A stretch of 64,000 nucleotides of DNA, taken from Camelus ferus (taxonomy: Eukaryota). Shown piece by piece: positions 51,881 through 64,000 of the stretch. Made by a program: the position numbers and the translations under genes. The stretch is taken from NCBI RefSeq assembly GCF_009834535.1, contig NC_045697.1, positions 10,542,001 to 10,606,000 on the forward strand, read 5' to 3'. How positions within the stretch are numbered: position 1 is the first letter of the stretch; each line of letters begins with the position of its first letter. A model generated the notes under the pieces. It saw nothing but the letters and a program-made list of their open reading frames with translations. It did not search any database and had not been told where the DNA came from.

Positions 51881-52020
51881 GGGGGGAGGGGGGTACAGCT
51901 CAGTGGTTGAGCACATGCCTAGCATGCCCAAGGTCCTGGGTTCAATCCCCAGTACCTCCTTCAAAATAAATAAATAAATAAACCTCCCCCACAAAAATTA
52001 AAAAATAAATAAATAAAAAT
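51881..52020 (+). mobile_element. tRNA-derived camelid-type SINE (vic-1-like) with 16-bp TSD
   Basis: gggtacagctcagtggttgagc...gttcaatccccagtacctcc, A-rich tail; TSD aaacta(c/t)ctttattaa at 51865-51880 and 52021-52036. Confidence 0.92.
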
Positions 52021-52044
52021 AAACTATCTTTATTAAAAGATTTA

Positions 52045-52768
52045 TGAAAAGATCCTATCAAGCCCCTGCATATTTCTAGGGTGGGCTTCACTCACCAAAC
52101 ATAAGGTTGGATTAAAGGCAGGAAGGAGACCCAGTTTGACGGGGTGATAAACTTCCAAAGGGTCAGTCCACTTTGGCCACAAACCTAACTTGGCCTCACC
52201 TCTCTGTGCTTCATAATGTGACAAGTGCCTCCTCGACTGAGCTAAGCAGGGTGGCCTCATCTGATGTGCAACCTTGCCACCAGGACGGCCACTTCCTGGG
52301 GCACCTCCTCCTTGTCCAGCAGCCAAAGCCCTCTAGCCCCAAGGGGTGCCTGGGAGAGGCAACCCTCCCCCACCCCTGGGAGGAACGACACTCCTCTCCA
52401 GGGAGCCCCACGTGGGTTGGTGTTGGAACAGAGCGTTTGACATACTAACCATCGGAGGTGAGACCAGAAAGTTCCACAAGGGCCAGAATCACAAAGAGCT
52501 GGCAGGCCAGGCCCAGCCTGGCCTCATCCTCTCTGCCTAGGGATGGTTTAATTGATGCTTGTTTGGAAACATTTAATGAGTGTATCCTTGACTTGTTTGA
52601 TGTTTGTTCTGACAAAATACAAAACTGTGTTGAAAACCATGCTTCTCCAGAGCAGTTCCTCAGAGTAACCTGAGAGGCTGCCTCCCAGGCTATTGTTCTT
52701 CGTTTGGCTCAGATAAAATTCTTTTCTATTCCTGCTAGAGATTGTTTATTGATTACTTCCGTCAACAG
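52045..52768 (+). mobile_element. ERV1-type solo LTR
   Basis: tcctcagagtaacctgagaggctgcctcccaggcta...ttccgtcaaca end; 3' part similar to 57040-57145. Confidence 0.7.
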
Positions 52769-53106
52769 ACCCATTCGATGAATTCTTGTTATATGGCATT
52801 TACGTGGGGCAGGGTGATTCTTAAATAAGAGTTTTCACAGTGTCCCATGAATGCATTTTGGGGTCACCTTCCCCAGGGATCAAGACAAAGCGACTCGGGG
52901 CATCACCGTCCTAAGGCCTAGAAGGCGTTCAGGGGGAGGGTTATCTTTTTGGTCATACAGCCAAGACTAGAGAGCAGCTTAATTCTGGAACTGCAAAGTC
53001 TGATCATTAAAATTAAAGACACTTTGAAAGCAAAATTCTCATTGTAGAAAAACAACATTCTCCATAACAACAACAACACACAAATGCATCATGCAATTAT
53101 TTGTAC

Positions 53107-53210
53107 CTGTAAACTTGTTCAAAAGTGAGATTAACGTCTGGTTTGTCAAACATCATGCCAGAGAGGTAGTATTTCCAATTCTCATTCAGCAAATACGGTG
53201 TGTCCAAAAC
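53107..53210 (-). CDS. PROM1: Prominin-1 coding exon (104 nt)
   Basis: tag|...AG|gtacaa; [34 protein letters not shown]. Confidence 0.97.
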
Positions 53211-53429
53211 CTAGAACAAATTTTAAAGCTTTTTTTGGAAAGACAGTTTTCTACTCACATACATACAGATAATAAAATGAATATTCTGTGATAGAGACAG
53301 TGTTGGGGGGATGTTCGTATCATGATTTTCCTCATTGATTTTCAACTTACAACTAAAAAACAGGAGTGTAATTGGAATAAATGGGTTGACTTCTGGGTGG
53401 CATCAGTAGGAATCACTGAGATTACTTTT

Positions 53430-53580
53430 GGGGAGAGGGTAGAGCCCCAGCAGTAGAGCACGTGCTTGGCACGCATGATGTCCTGGGCTCAATCCCCAGT
53501 AGCCCCCATTAAAAAAGAAATAATAAATAAATGAACCTAGCTACCACCTCCCCTCAAAAAAACCCAAAAAACAAAAAAAA
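53430..53580 (+). mobile_element. tRNA-derived camelid-type SINE (vic-1-like), degraded
   Basis: gggtagagccccagcagtagagcacgtgcttggc...gctcaatccccagta, A-rich tail. Confidence 0.8.
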
Positions 53581-54591
53581 CAGTACCCTTGGGGGGGGGA
53601 CCTCTATTTTGGTAAAATGAACATATTAGAAATGGGAGCAAAACAGACTGTTCGACTGAGAACAGCTAATAGAATCCATGAAGCAGCTGACCCAGCTCTT
53701 CACTACTTCCCTGTAGACAAAAATGAATGAAATTGGCACATTCTCTGACCTCACAGGATGCACATGTAAGACGGGGTAGTTAGTACATGACTGTACATAT
53801 GCTTGAGGACTGTAAATGGTTCCCAAATATCCCCTACTTTTAGAGAATTCCTTTTCAACGATTTAACGTAGCACAAAAGATGGTGAAGTCTGGTTTGATG
53901 TATTATTTTTCAATCAAGAGGCCAAATGGAGACGACTTGACAAACTCATGTTCCTGATTTAATTTTCCTCAGCCGGCTGAGCAGTTAAACTACCACCCCA
54001 ACAGCTGGTTTATTTTAGTAGCCATTCACCTGATTCTAGTAACAGATTCGAGGTCAACACAATATAGCCAATAAAACAAGAAAACAGATTTTTTAAAAAC
54101 CTGAATCTGGAGAAAAACCTTGGAAAGCCAAAGTTAGAAGACAGACATGTAGATCAAAACATCATTAGTTAACGAAGCTAAACTTGGACCTGGTGCCACT
54201 GAGTCTGAAGCAGCTGGTTTCAGAGGGAGAAAGTGAAGTTCAAATTCAATTCCTAACTACCTCATCAGATTTCCACCAGGGACAGCCCTCAGCCACAAGG
54301 TGTGTCATTTATCAGTCTCTTTCTACTTAAAATTAAGGGTCCTCAAACCAGCATAAACTGTACGCAGATTTTGCATACGTGGAGGGTCAGCCCCCCACCC
54401 CCTCAACTGCCTGTTGTTCTACGGTCGGCCGCATTGCTGTATTTTTCTGCTCTGACAAACAGAAGGAATCTCACTGTATTGAATACAAACCAACTGCTCA
54501 TCGTTTTGCTCTTGAAGAAACTCACAAGATATGGGGAAATAAAAGTTTTGACCCAAGCCCCTTCCATAAGGGGTCCCCAAACCATATGTAC

Positions 54592-54715
54592 CTGGAATAA
54601 CTTTTTGTTTTGGTAAGATTCACAGACGAGTTTTTCCACATTTCCACCAATCACAAAAGTAAGAACCACAATGGTCATCAGTAGCCAACAGAATAAGAAA
54701 CTGAATCCAACCCCG
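54592..54715 (-). CDS. PROM1: Prominin-1 coding exon (124 nt), TM4
   Basis: cag|C...CAG|gtacat; [41 protein letters not shown]. Confidence 0.97.
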
Positions 54716-56664
54716 CTGGGGAAAAAAAAATAGAAATAAAGTTAATAATTTTACCAGGAATTACTCAACATTTCCTACCAGTCCTTACTAACTCTACCCA
54801 GTCACTGTATGCTTCAGCCTCCTGCGGGTTAGGCGGGTCAGCCTCCCCACGAGCGCCGACAGGAAGGGGTAAGCACTGTCCCCGTCAGTCCTAAGCACGT
54901 GTTTAGGGGCCCCTGATGACTTAGCCCCTGGCCTGCTTGCAGCCCAGCACCGTGGTGTCAGGCACGGGCTCTGGGGTCACATGAGAGAACTGTGGCTTCC
55001 TGGTGAGTGAGGAGGCTGTGATGTGGGAAACGTACTCCTCGGAGTCTGTAAAGGGTCCAGGGAGGGAACGCTCAAGAAGAACACCCCTCCCCCACATTTC
55101 TCTCTTGGCAGAGCATGAAGGATAGATGGACAGGTGCCCACGTGGACCAAGGTGCCACCGAGGGGGCTGTTTCTGGCCGCAGGTGGTGGTCGGACCCGGG
55201 TGCTGGTGGTGGAGAGAAGTTGGCAGTGAAAGCAGTGTGCCACGGGAGGCCGGCGCAGCGGGATGTGGTGAAGACGTGTGCACTGGGGGTGAAGGAAGGG
55301 AAGGGGCCAAGGGGGGCACCAGGGCTTGTCAGCGGCAGGGACAGGGAGGGGAGAGAGGGTGGCCTTTTGGTCACGTTGCCCGGGAGACACCTCAGTGGAG
55401 ATGCCATGGAGGCGGCCGCCAGGTGTCTGGAGCAGATGCCTGGGTTACAGGCCTCCTTTAGGGCATCAGCAGTTTAGACACGATCACTGACCCCTGGGGC
55501 TGGGGTTGGAGGGAGAAGCAGCCTAGGGCTGCACCGGGGGAGCCTCACCATTTGAAGAACAGGGGTAGTCTGAAACAAGACCAAGGTGGAGGGTCAGAGA
55601 GGTAGGAAGGAAAGCATTAGGGTGTGAAGTCACTGACAGGGAGACTGAGGAGTGTTTGCAGAAGCAGCAGCTAGTTATTCCAATCACTGCTCTGAGGACG
55701 CGCTCCAGAAGAACCAAAAGCAGCCCACTGTACTGGAGACGGAGAGATCACGGCTGCCCTGCAAGTGACAGGCGGGGCAGTCACAGGGGAGCTGGCTGGG
55801 GAGGAAGAAGGAGATGCAGAAACAGGCAGCAGACTCGACCTTCACTTCCCGACGTCTGTGCAGAGAGGGGAGCGGGAGGGAAGGAGCAGTGTTGGTAGGG
55901 GTTTTCTGTTTTCCTTTTCAAAGGCAGAGAACAGAACATGTTTAAGTGTTGAGAAGAAAACCCAGGAGAGAAGATAATGAGGATGCAGGAGAGAGAAGGG
56001 AGGCTGTGACCCATCCTCGGACGGTGAGCAGGGAAGGACAGAGAACACAGCGGGCCAGGGCAGGAGGAGGGGCCGGGCAGAGAGACCCCTCTGCCTCTGG
56101 CTTCGCGTGTCTGTGAGCGCAGTCACGTTCGGAGGGGTGGTGGTGGAAAGCTTGTGATGGCTTCTATTTTCTCTGTGAAGAAAATGGTAAAGCTGTCTGC
56201 TGAGAGAGAGGAAATAAGAAGGATGGATGTACCAGAGTGGGAAGACCAGAAGAAAGAAATAAAGGAAGGGAGGGAGAGAGGGAGGAAAGAAGGAATTTCC
56301 AGGGCTATGGAGGGTCCCTTTGAGGTGGGGTATCATAATTTCGTAGGGATCCTAATGTGCCCTGTTGTGTGACTTTTCTCTAGCCATGCTCAGGTGCCCA
56401 GACGGAAACACAGACAGAGCAAACCCTTAAATTAGTCTAGGCAAAGTAGCCAATCCTGTACCATCACTGGCGCACATCAGAAGGACCCTCAGGAGGGTGA
56501 GGGCCGATGTTTTTAATAATACAGTGTTTTTCTCACCACAACTCTTCGCAGAGCAAACACTTACAGCAGAATTACATGTAAGTGGCTGGTCTGAAATAAA
56601 CAGCAATGTCTGTTTGCTGGAGGGGCCCTCGGTCAGTCTGGACCTTCTCTGACGGACAGGACTA

Positions 56665-57145
56665 TTGAGTTAGGGGGAAGGTAAAGGAGGGGACCTCAGG
56701 TGAGATGTGGATGAAAAACACCACCTGCCATATCAGTAAACAAAGGGTGTCAGGGCCATCAAGCCATCAGCCGCTGCTGCCTGTCTGTGCGCCCTGGGGG
56801 ACTCAGGATGGAGAGCAGCAGGACACTGGCCCTAGAGAGTTAATTAAGGTGTTCGTCAAAGGAATGATTTCAGTAAGCCCAGATTCTTGCATTTTCCCAT
56901 ACATGGAAAGGAGCGAAATTCATTAACTTGAGTTGTCTGGTTTTCTTTAATTAACAGTAATATTTTGATGTTCCGACTACCTAGCTTTTGTTGCAAAAAC
57001 TCCTATTTATCTGGGCTCCTCCCTTTCCTCTTCAGAGAAGCTCCTCAGAGCGACCTGAGAGGCTGTCTTCTGGGCTTAATCCTCAAGTCCGTTGAATAAA
57101 ACATAATTCTCAACTTTAAGGTTGTACATTCTTTTTCAGTCGACA
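56665..57145 (+). mobile_element. ERV1-type solo LTR
   Basis: ctcctcagagcgacctgagaggctgtc...aataaaacataattctcaacttt...cagtcgaca. Confidence 0.7.
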
Positions 57146-57897
57146 GAGGGCGGTAACAGACCCCCAGGTTCTAATTGAGCACATCAGTGTTGTGTGTGTG
57201 TGTGTTAGAATTATACAAATAATCAATAACCTACTATAGAACACTCCAAAGCAACACCACTACTCTAAAGAGTATGCTGCTGACATTTCCAGTTTTTGTT
57301 TTCTAAACATGCATGTATACAGGTCAGGAACATGCATGCATCCAGGTCAGGAACATGCATGCAACTGCCCAGGGCCTGTCTTTGTGAGGTTGGTGAGGTA
57401 AGAATGGTGGGTGTGTGTTTAAAGTGTCGTAAAGGAGGAGGAGGTGGAGAACAAGAAGGAGAAGAAAAAATAAGAACAAGAATGATAATATGCAGCAAAG
57501 ACTGTATGTGGCCGGCAGAACCTAAAATACTGATTATTGGGACCTTGATAGAAAAAGTTTGCCCACTCCCGATCACACGGTTCTAATGACACGTGCATGA
57601 TTTTGTGGGTCCTTGTGGCACATCTTAAGACACTTTCGTCAGCCATCCAGGAGAGCTAACCTACTTATCCTTTCCGTGGCTACGTGATTTCCCATTCCTT
57701 GGGAGCTGACAGTCACCTGGAATTAGCTGTTATAACTAACAAGGCAAAAACACTCAGCTGTGCAGGATGCTCTTCCCACAGTTCGGTCTACTTCCTCAAA
57801 ATAAATTCTCTGAATGGGAAGGGCTTGACCAAGAGGATTATGGTCTCTTTATGGCCCTTGCTAGAACCTAACAAATTGCTTTCCAAGTATCTATAAC

Positions 57898-58501
57898 TGT
57901 TGCCGGCGATTAAGTTCTTGTCTCCTTGCAGAAAGAATTCAGAGATGAGACACGGAGGTCAAGAAAGTAAAGTGAGGATTTATTAAGGGCTACACAGCAC
58001 ATTCTCAAGGGGAGAGTGGGCAGACTCAGGTGAGTAGCTGTGCTGAGTTTCTTTGTCAAGCTGGTTACACGGGGTATAAAAATGAATGGGCAGAATATCA
58101 CTGGGGAGGGAAGGGTTTGGAGTTGTATTCCCTGATCTCCATCCCAGCTCCACTTTCCCAAGGGGAGGAGAGGTTTTTGTCCTTGTTTAGTCTGGCTCGG
58201 AAGTGTGTCATGGCGTCAGTGCGTGATGGGTACTTTTAACCTGCAAGGCTAATCTTATTATAATGAGGGCATAGTGAGCAAAAGGTTACATTGGGACACC
58301 AGAGATTCTTGCTTTTCCCCACTTTTGTCTGCCTCCAGAACACTCGTCACCCCAAAATGTGTGATTTCTTACCAGTCCAGAGGTTCCTGTTTTCCTCTGT
58401 CTGCCCAAGGACCCTGGTTGCTCACAAGATGTATGGTTTCCTGCCATTTGGCCTGTGTCTCCCTTTCTCTGCTCACATCTATCCATCTGCCTGCTCTAAC
58501 A
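57898..58501 (-). mobile_element. ERV solo LTR
   Basis: TGT...ACA termini, near-TSD taac/gaac, tttatt at ~57979 (AATAAA on -). Confidence 0.75.
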
Positions 58502-60746
58502 GAACAGTTGAAACTGCCACCTGTAGTTCCACTGTATGTAAAACGCCCATGGCAACATCTGGTATTAGTTTTTCTTCAAAGGTCTGGGTAATCCAGGCAT
58601 TGTTTTCAAGCTACAACTGGAAGTTTTACAGTGGGCTTCAGTACAAGAGATTTGTTTTCTGGCTGCCTTAATTGGGTCTCCTTATCTCTGGGGAAACTGT
58701 CCATATCTCCTGCAGATGTACGTTCACCCCATCATCCATTCAGCCCCTAAAATGCTCCCTGGGCCCTCAGGAGATGGAGGGGCAGACAGAGCCAGGACTC
58801 TCTGCCTGCCCTCCTTCCAGGTCTTTCACTAGCGTCCTCTCGGGAGGCAAGGATTTTTATGAAGTCCACGCTCTTGATTGAACAGTGTCCCTATTTTTAA
58901 AGAGCCGGTGGTGTTTTGGTTGAAGCTGAACTAAATATACGCTTTCTTGTGTCTACAAGCAAGTAGAGCATTATAAAGAAGGAACTGCATTCTTCTGGTT
59001 AGTCTGATGAGTCCATCCAGTTGTTTGCCAGATGTGGCAAGGGGTGGAGAGTTTTGCCAAGGACAGCAGAGCACGCCATGCGGAGTAGTGAGCTTTACAG
59101 GCCAGAGACCACGGCCACCCTCCGGATCTGCAGACCACCTGGAACGCATCTGATGGCAACTTATAGTCACCAGCCTTTTTCTTACTGCTGAGCTAAATCC
59201 TGTGGCCCCGAAGTCATAGGGGTCCACGTGACTTTAGCCCTTCAGAGAGTCCTTAACCTGCACAAATGAGCATCACGTCCAAACTGCCGCTGCTCTCAGC
59301 CGCCATCAATCCGCTCGTGACTCTCCTGTTTCTTTATTCTTCGAAGCTAAATATCACATCTTTTGGTTTTATCCCTTGAAAAAGATGGAGTATTTACTCC
59401 CTCCCTTCAAACAATTAAAAAGTTGTAATAAATAAATTTGCCATCAAAACACTGACAAAATAGCCAAGTGCCGGGATTATTAAATTCTGAACATGAAATT
59501 AATTTTCTGTCTGTAGCCGTGTACATTTAAACAAAAAGTCCGGGCAAATATACTCTTCCTTGCTAGTTTAATTTCTTAAGTTTAGGCATGTAAGCAAACA
59601 GGCGTTTCCATGTGTGGAACTCTGTCCAATTCTGTCCAATTCTGGCAGACTCCCATGTCATTAGCTTGAAGGTTATTTTTAAAACTCGTGTGCCTGTGTT
59701 CATGTTAATAAAGGCTTGCACTACAGTGGAGCTTAAAGGTTTAAGGAAAAGGCCTTAGAACCATTGCTTCTTAAGAAGTCTGAACATCAGAGCGACCCAA
59801 AGGTTAAAAAAGCAAGTCAAGGCATGTCCCTGTTGACATAATAAAGGGCCACGGCTGTGATTCTCTATTGTCTGAAGGACTTGTTCCAGATCTTTCCCAC
59901 CCCTGGGGCCTCCTCACCCCCGTTCCCCCTCCCCCATGGATTCTCCACGAGCTCATGGAGGTGGAATTCACACAGCTTCCTCTCTGGGGACCATTCAAAG
60001 CTTTTGTCCCTGGTTACTGCCTTCCATTCCTGGCTCCATCTCCAGTCCCACCTCATGCATGTCCCCTATACCTTGTTACACTCTAGTAAAGTTTTTTTTT
60101 TTCCCCTTTCAAAAATATGAACTTAGACATGAATGTGATTGAAATGGGGGCAGTGGCTTCAGTCCACTGCAGGCTCACCATTCCCTGGTACCTCGCATCT
60201 GATCTCATCACTAATTTAGGCTACTTGTCTGAATTCCAAGGGTGCCAGGTTGGCCACCTCTGTTCTAAATCAAGTTTCTAGTGTTTCAAAGTGAACAAGC
60301 TGGCTGATCATATAGAATGGTGTATGATACCAAGTCAGTCATCAGCAAGTATCTGGTGAAGGAATGAATGAATGAATGAAGAGAGGGAGGGAGGGGTGGA
60401 TGGATAGATGGATGAATATGGGGAAAAAAACCAGTAAGAATCAGGAAAAGAAACTTGGAAACAATTTCCATGACAGCTGCTTTAAAGAGGAGTCTACCGT
60501 CTAGAAGTATTGTTTTTAAGCTTGTCTATCAGGGTGCAGCCAACTGAGAGTCTTCCTTTACGTACGTTTCATGGAATTCCCCAAACCAATGAAAGCACAA
60601 TCACACCAGGCGACCTACTTCACTGGAACCCAGATTGCTTGGCCCAGAGGCCACCGGGTCGCTGTAACACCAGACTCACCTGCTCTCCTCCTTGTGTTTC
60701 AAACCGACCCCCACCCCACCCACGGCAAGGAAGAGCCAACACTCAC

Positions 60747-60899
60747 ACCATGAGGAAGATGCCTCCGGTGTTCGAGACACAGCCTCGTCTGGTTGGGGTA
60801 GCTTTCCGGTCATAGCCCAATGTGCCACACAGTAAGCCCAGGCAAAAAAAAATCACTATGAGGGTCAGCAAACAGCAGACAACCAAGCAACCCAGCCAC
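60747..60899 (-). CDS. PROM1: Prominin-1 coding exon (153 nt), TM3 and small cytoplasmic loop
   Basis: cag|G...GT|gtgagt; [50 protein letters not shown]. Confidence 0.97.
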
Positions 60900-62744
60900 C
60901 TGGTGGAACAAGCACAGTGTTAGCAAACACAAGAGTGACGTCATCGCAACACAAGAGCTCTCGGACTTGAGCTGGAACAGCTGGCGATCCAGTGTCAGAT
61001 CCTTCTGTTCATTCCTCAGAGGGTGAGAGTGTTGTGAAAAGACCCCTCTCCACCCCTAGCCCTCAAACCCAACCAAGATGATGTTTATCTTGGTTTCAAA
61101 GAGCTCTCAACGGACACGGGATTATTCCGTCTTTCCTTTGCAGGGTTAAGTTCCTTCAGGGTTCCTGCAGTGTTTATTATGATGATGATGAGATGTGAAC
61201 AGATATGATGAGATAAAGAAACATGAGGCTCCTTCCACTGGTCTTCCTCTGACATGTTTTGTGGCTGCAGGAATATTTGGGGCGGGGAGTGAATTGTGTT
61301 CTTTACTGAGCCAGCAACTCTACGTGATGAGGGCATTGAATATTTCAGAATTTTAGGAGCATCCTAAATCAAATGCCTGCAAGTCTCAATTTTGTAATGG
61401 TCCAGTGAGACATTTTAGGATAATGGAGCCTCAATTAGGTCTTACTGGCATTCCTGGAACGTACATCAACCTTTCCCAGCAACTGAGGAGCATTTAAGGG
61501 TAGAAATGCTTCCTAACCCTTAAAACACTAAAAAACAATAGCATTTACTTCTTGGACAAAAGCAGCCACTACAGCTTTTCATTCAATTAAGTGCAAACTC
61601 GTCAATTATCATTATAGCCACCTGTACCAATTCTGTGACTTTTTGTTCCAGATACTGAGGACACAAAATGAAATAAGCCCTGGACCTGGCTTCAGAAATC
61701 TTTTCCAGTTAATGTATACCTCATCTGCTTCATTAAATTTTTTTTTAATGAGCTTACAGTCTCAGGATGGGGGAAGATGACAGGAAGGGGAGCTGATATA
61801 TAGACAGATCACTGCACCATTTTTCCAGCTATGACTTCCAATGAGATTGTAAAGGGTGTGTCTTATGTTTGTCCTGACACCTGCTGGGGGGGCCAAGCTG
61901 CAGGGTCAGAAAATGGCTTGTTGATTACAGAGCAATAATTAAAAGCAGAGTCAGGCGGAGGCTGAAAACCCACTTTTGCCGTGCTGTCGCCAGCCCTAAG
62001 AAAGTCGCCTCACCTCCCTGAGCCTCAGTGTCCTCACCTATGAAACAGGGTTATAAATAGAACACAAGCAAAGGGATTTTGTATTAAAGGGGATGCCATG
62101 TGTACAGCATGTGATAGGCACGTTGTGACTGTCCCCTAAAGGCTTGCAATTATTGCTATTATTTTATTATTTATCTCATATCCTTGCCTAATAAATAACC
62201 TGAACAGGAATGGAAGTCTCCAGAATCTCTGTGGGTTGGGGCAGAAGGCACAGTTCCGGTGGCCAGTCATAGGGCTGAGCCTTTCAAAGAGGAGCGTGCG
62301 TCCCACATCTCATGCGATCCTGGGAACACTGAGTCTCCAAGCCCCTCCCTCCCCCACGCTCCTGTCTGAGATGCCCACCACCATCTCCCGGGGCCAAGCC
62401 CCACCCGGGCATTCTCCTAAAGGGCGAAGAGCTGGGAACGACAGCAGCTTCAGTCACGGTACTGGTTTCAAGGATGCTCTTTCTGTGAGAACCGACACCT
62501 ATGTATTTATTTTATAAACCAAAGAAGAGAAAAATATTATCCAAATGCCCTTTTTAATTACTTTTAAGCTTCAAAATCCTTTTACCTGCCTTAGATAATT
62601 ATAACCAAGATTCCAGAGTCCACTGACAACATCAAAATTGCATGTTATCGACTATTTGGCTCAAGAACTTCAAGTCTGCAATTTTTAATAAATGGACTGC
62701 TTCGTGAATTCCCATGACATCCTTTCACAGCAAACATGCTAGTC

Positions 62745-62845
62745 TTTATTTTTAAGAAATTTTTGTTAATGGAGGTACTGGAGATTGAACCCAGAACCTC
62801 ATGTATACTGAGCATGTGCTCTACCACTGAGCTACACCCACGCCC
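62745..62845 (-). mobile_element. tRNA-derived camelid-type SINE (vic-1-like)
   Basis: rc gggtgtagctcagtggtagagcacatgctcagt...ggttcaatctccagtacctcc. Confidence 0.85.
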
Positions 62846-63064
62846 TGAGTCTTCTTTACATAGTTTCAACTTTAGTATCTGTGCTACCGAAGTGAACACT
62901 TCAACTTCTTAATGAACATAAACTAGGGTCAACCCATCAGGTTATGGCCTCTTTGTACAGTTGGCTCTCATAAGATTGTCTTGGTTATGATGTTAAATTT
63001 TCATCCTGCCCTATGGTAGGTGTCACTCTGCTAGTTTACCAGCTCACAGGAGGCACTCACTCAC

Positions 63065-63224
63065 CTGTACGAATCATATTCTTCCAAAGTGGGTAAATAG
63101 CGGTGGATGTAATCTTCAGTGTTATTAATGTAGTGAATGAAATTTGACAGCTTATCCTGAACAGGAATCTTTTTGCTTATATTAGTGATCTCTGAGCCAA
63201 TGGAATTCAAAGTCCTCTTGATAT
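63065..63224 (-). CDS. PROM1: Prominin-1 coding exon (160 nt)
   Basis: tttcag|AT...AG|gtgagt; translates [52 protein letters not shown], matching human IKRVLNSIG...[11 protein letters not shown]. Confidence 0.97.
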
Positions 63225-64000
63225 CTGAAAACAAAGATACCTCAGTGATGCGTTTTCCAACCTAGAGGACACAGAACTTTTGCCCTGGAACTCAACTGGA
63301 AAGCTCGAACCACTTCTGGCCTTTCCCGCATTATGTACGTGTCGAAAATATGAAAAGGGTCTATGACAAGCAGGAATGTAGCCAAGCCCATAGGAAAACA
63401 ATTACTTAACAAAACAGCAAGCCATGAGAGCTGACTGTAATGATATGGTGCTGAAATCAAGCCAGAGTTTTCTTCTACTTATTTCACTAAAAAAAAAAAA
63501 AAAAAAAAGGTCAGGCGATTTAAAATGTATTTTGTGCCTACCATGGGCCAGGCACTTTTATAAATGTTAACTCATTTCTTTATTCCCATTTCACTGACAG
63601 TGATGTTGAGTCCCCTGGGGGTTAAATCATTCGCCCATCTGTCTCTTTTTCAGAAAGCACTAGAAATGGGATGAAAACTCGGGTTTCTCTGACTAAAGGT
63701 TCTGTTAAATGACTTGGGGAAAATAATTTAACATTATAATAATTCCTCCATCTATGAAATGCCACTCAAGAACAAAGTAATTCTCTAGGACTAGTTTTTG
63801 GAAGAAGTGACCCAGGTGACATTTTTGTTAAAATTATATTTGACTCATACAAATTGAGACTTATTAAAGTACATCTCTGTCTTATATGCAAGAATCAATA
63901 GGATTCCCAGTGGTTGAACAGTTTCTATTAATAGTCATCTTAATCTTTCAGAGAGGAAATAAAGTTCCAGTTTCCTGGAAAGCGTCCATCCATCCTGACA

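Noticed and set aside
51881..51960. tRNA gene
   Set aside because: tRNA-like head with A-rich tail, TSD and several diverged copies in the window indicate a SINE.

Overview
Mammalian genomic DNA, most likely camelid (tRNA-derived vic-1-type SINEs, artiodactyl-type L1 3' ends). The minus strand carries 14 coding exons from the 3' half of PROM1/CD133 (63224 to 38353; the 5' exons lie beyond the window) and the two-exon FGFBP1 gene (~16740 to ~13650). FGFBP1 has a +1 frameshift in an A6 run just after the signal peptide, which is either an assembly error or a null allele. The most notable unexplained feature is a decayed endogenous bornavirus-like element on the + strand at ~24710-27450. It has a glycoprotein (G)-like region followed by a matrix (M)-like region and possibly the start of L, i.e. 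the G-M(-L) order of carbo-/culterviruses rather than the M-G order of orthobornaviruses. A solo ERV LTR splits the M-like part. PROM1 ends in a non-human-type terminal exon with altered tyrosine motifs, and no FGFBP2 is recognisable between FGFBP1 and PROM1. The rest is L1, MIR, MaLR/ERV LTR, hAT-MER and SINE sequence. All protein comparisons were made by eye against reference sequences recalled from memory; no search was run. Repeat family names are approximate.
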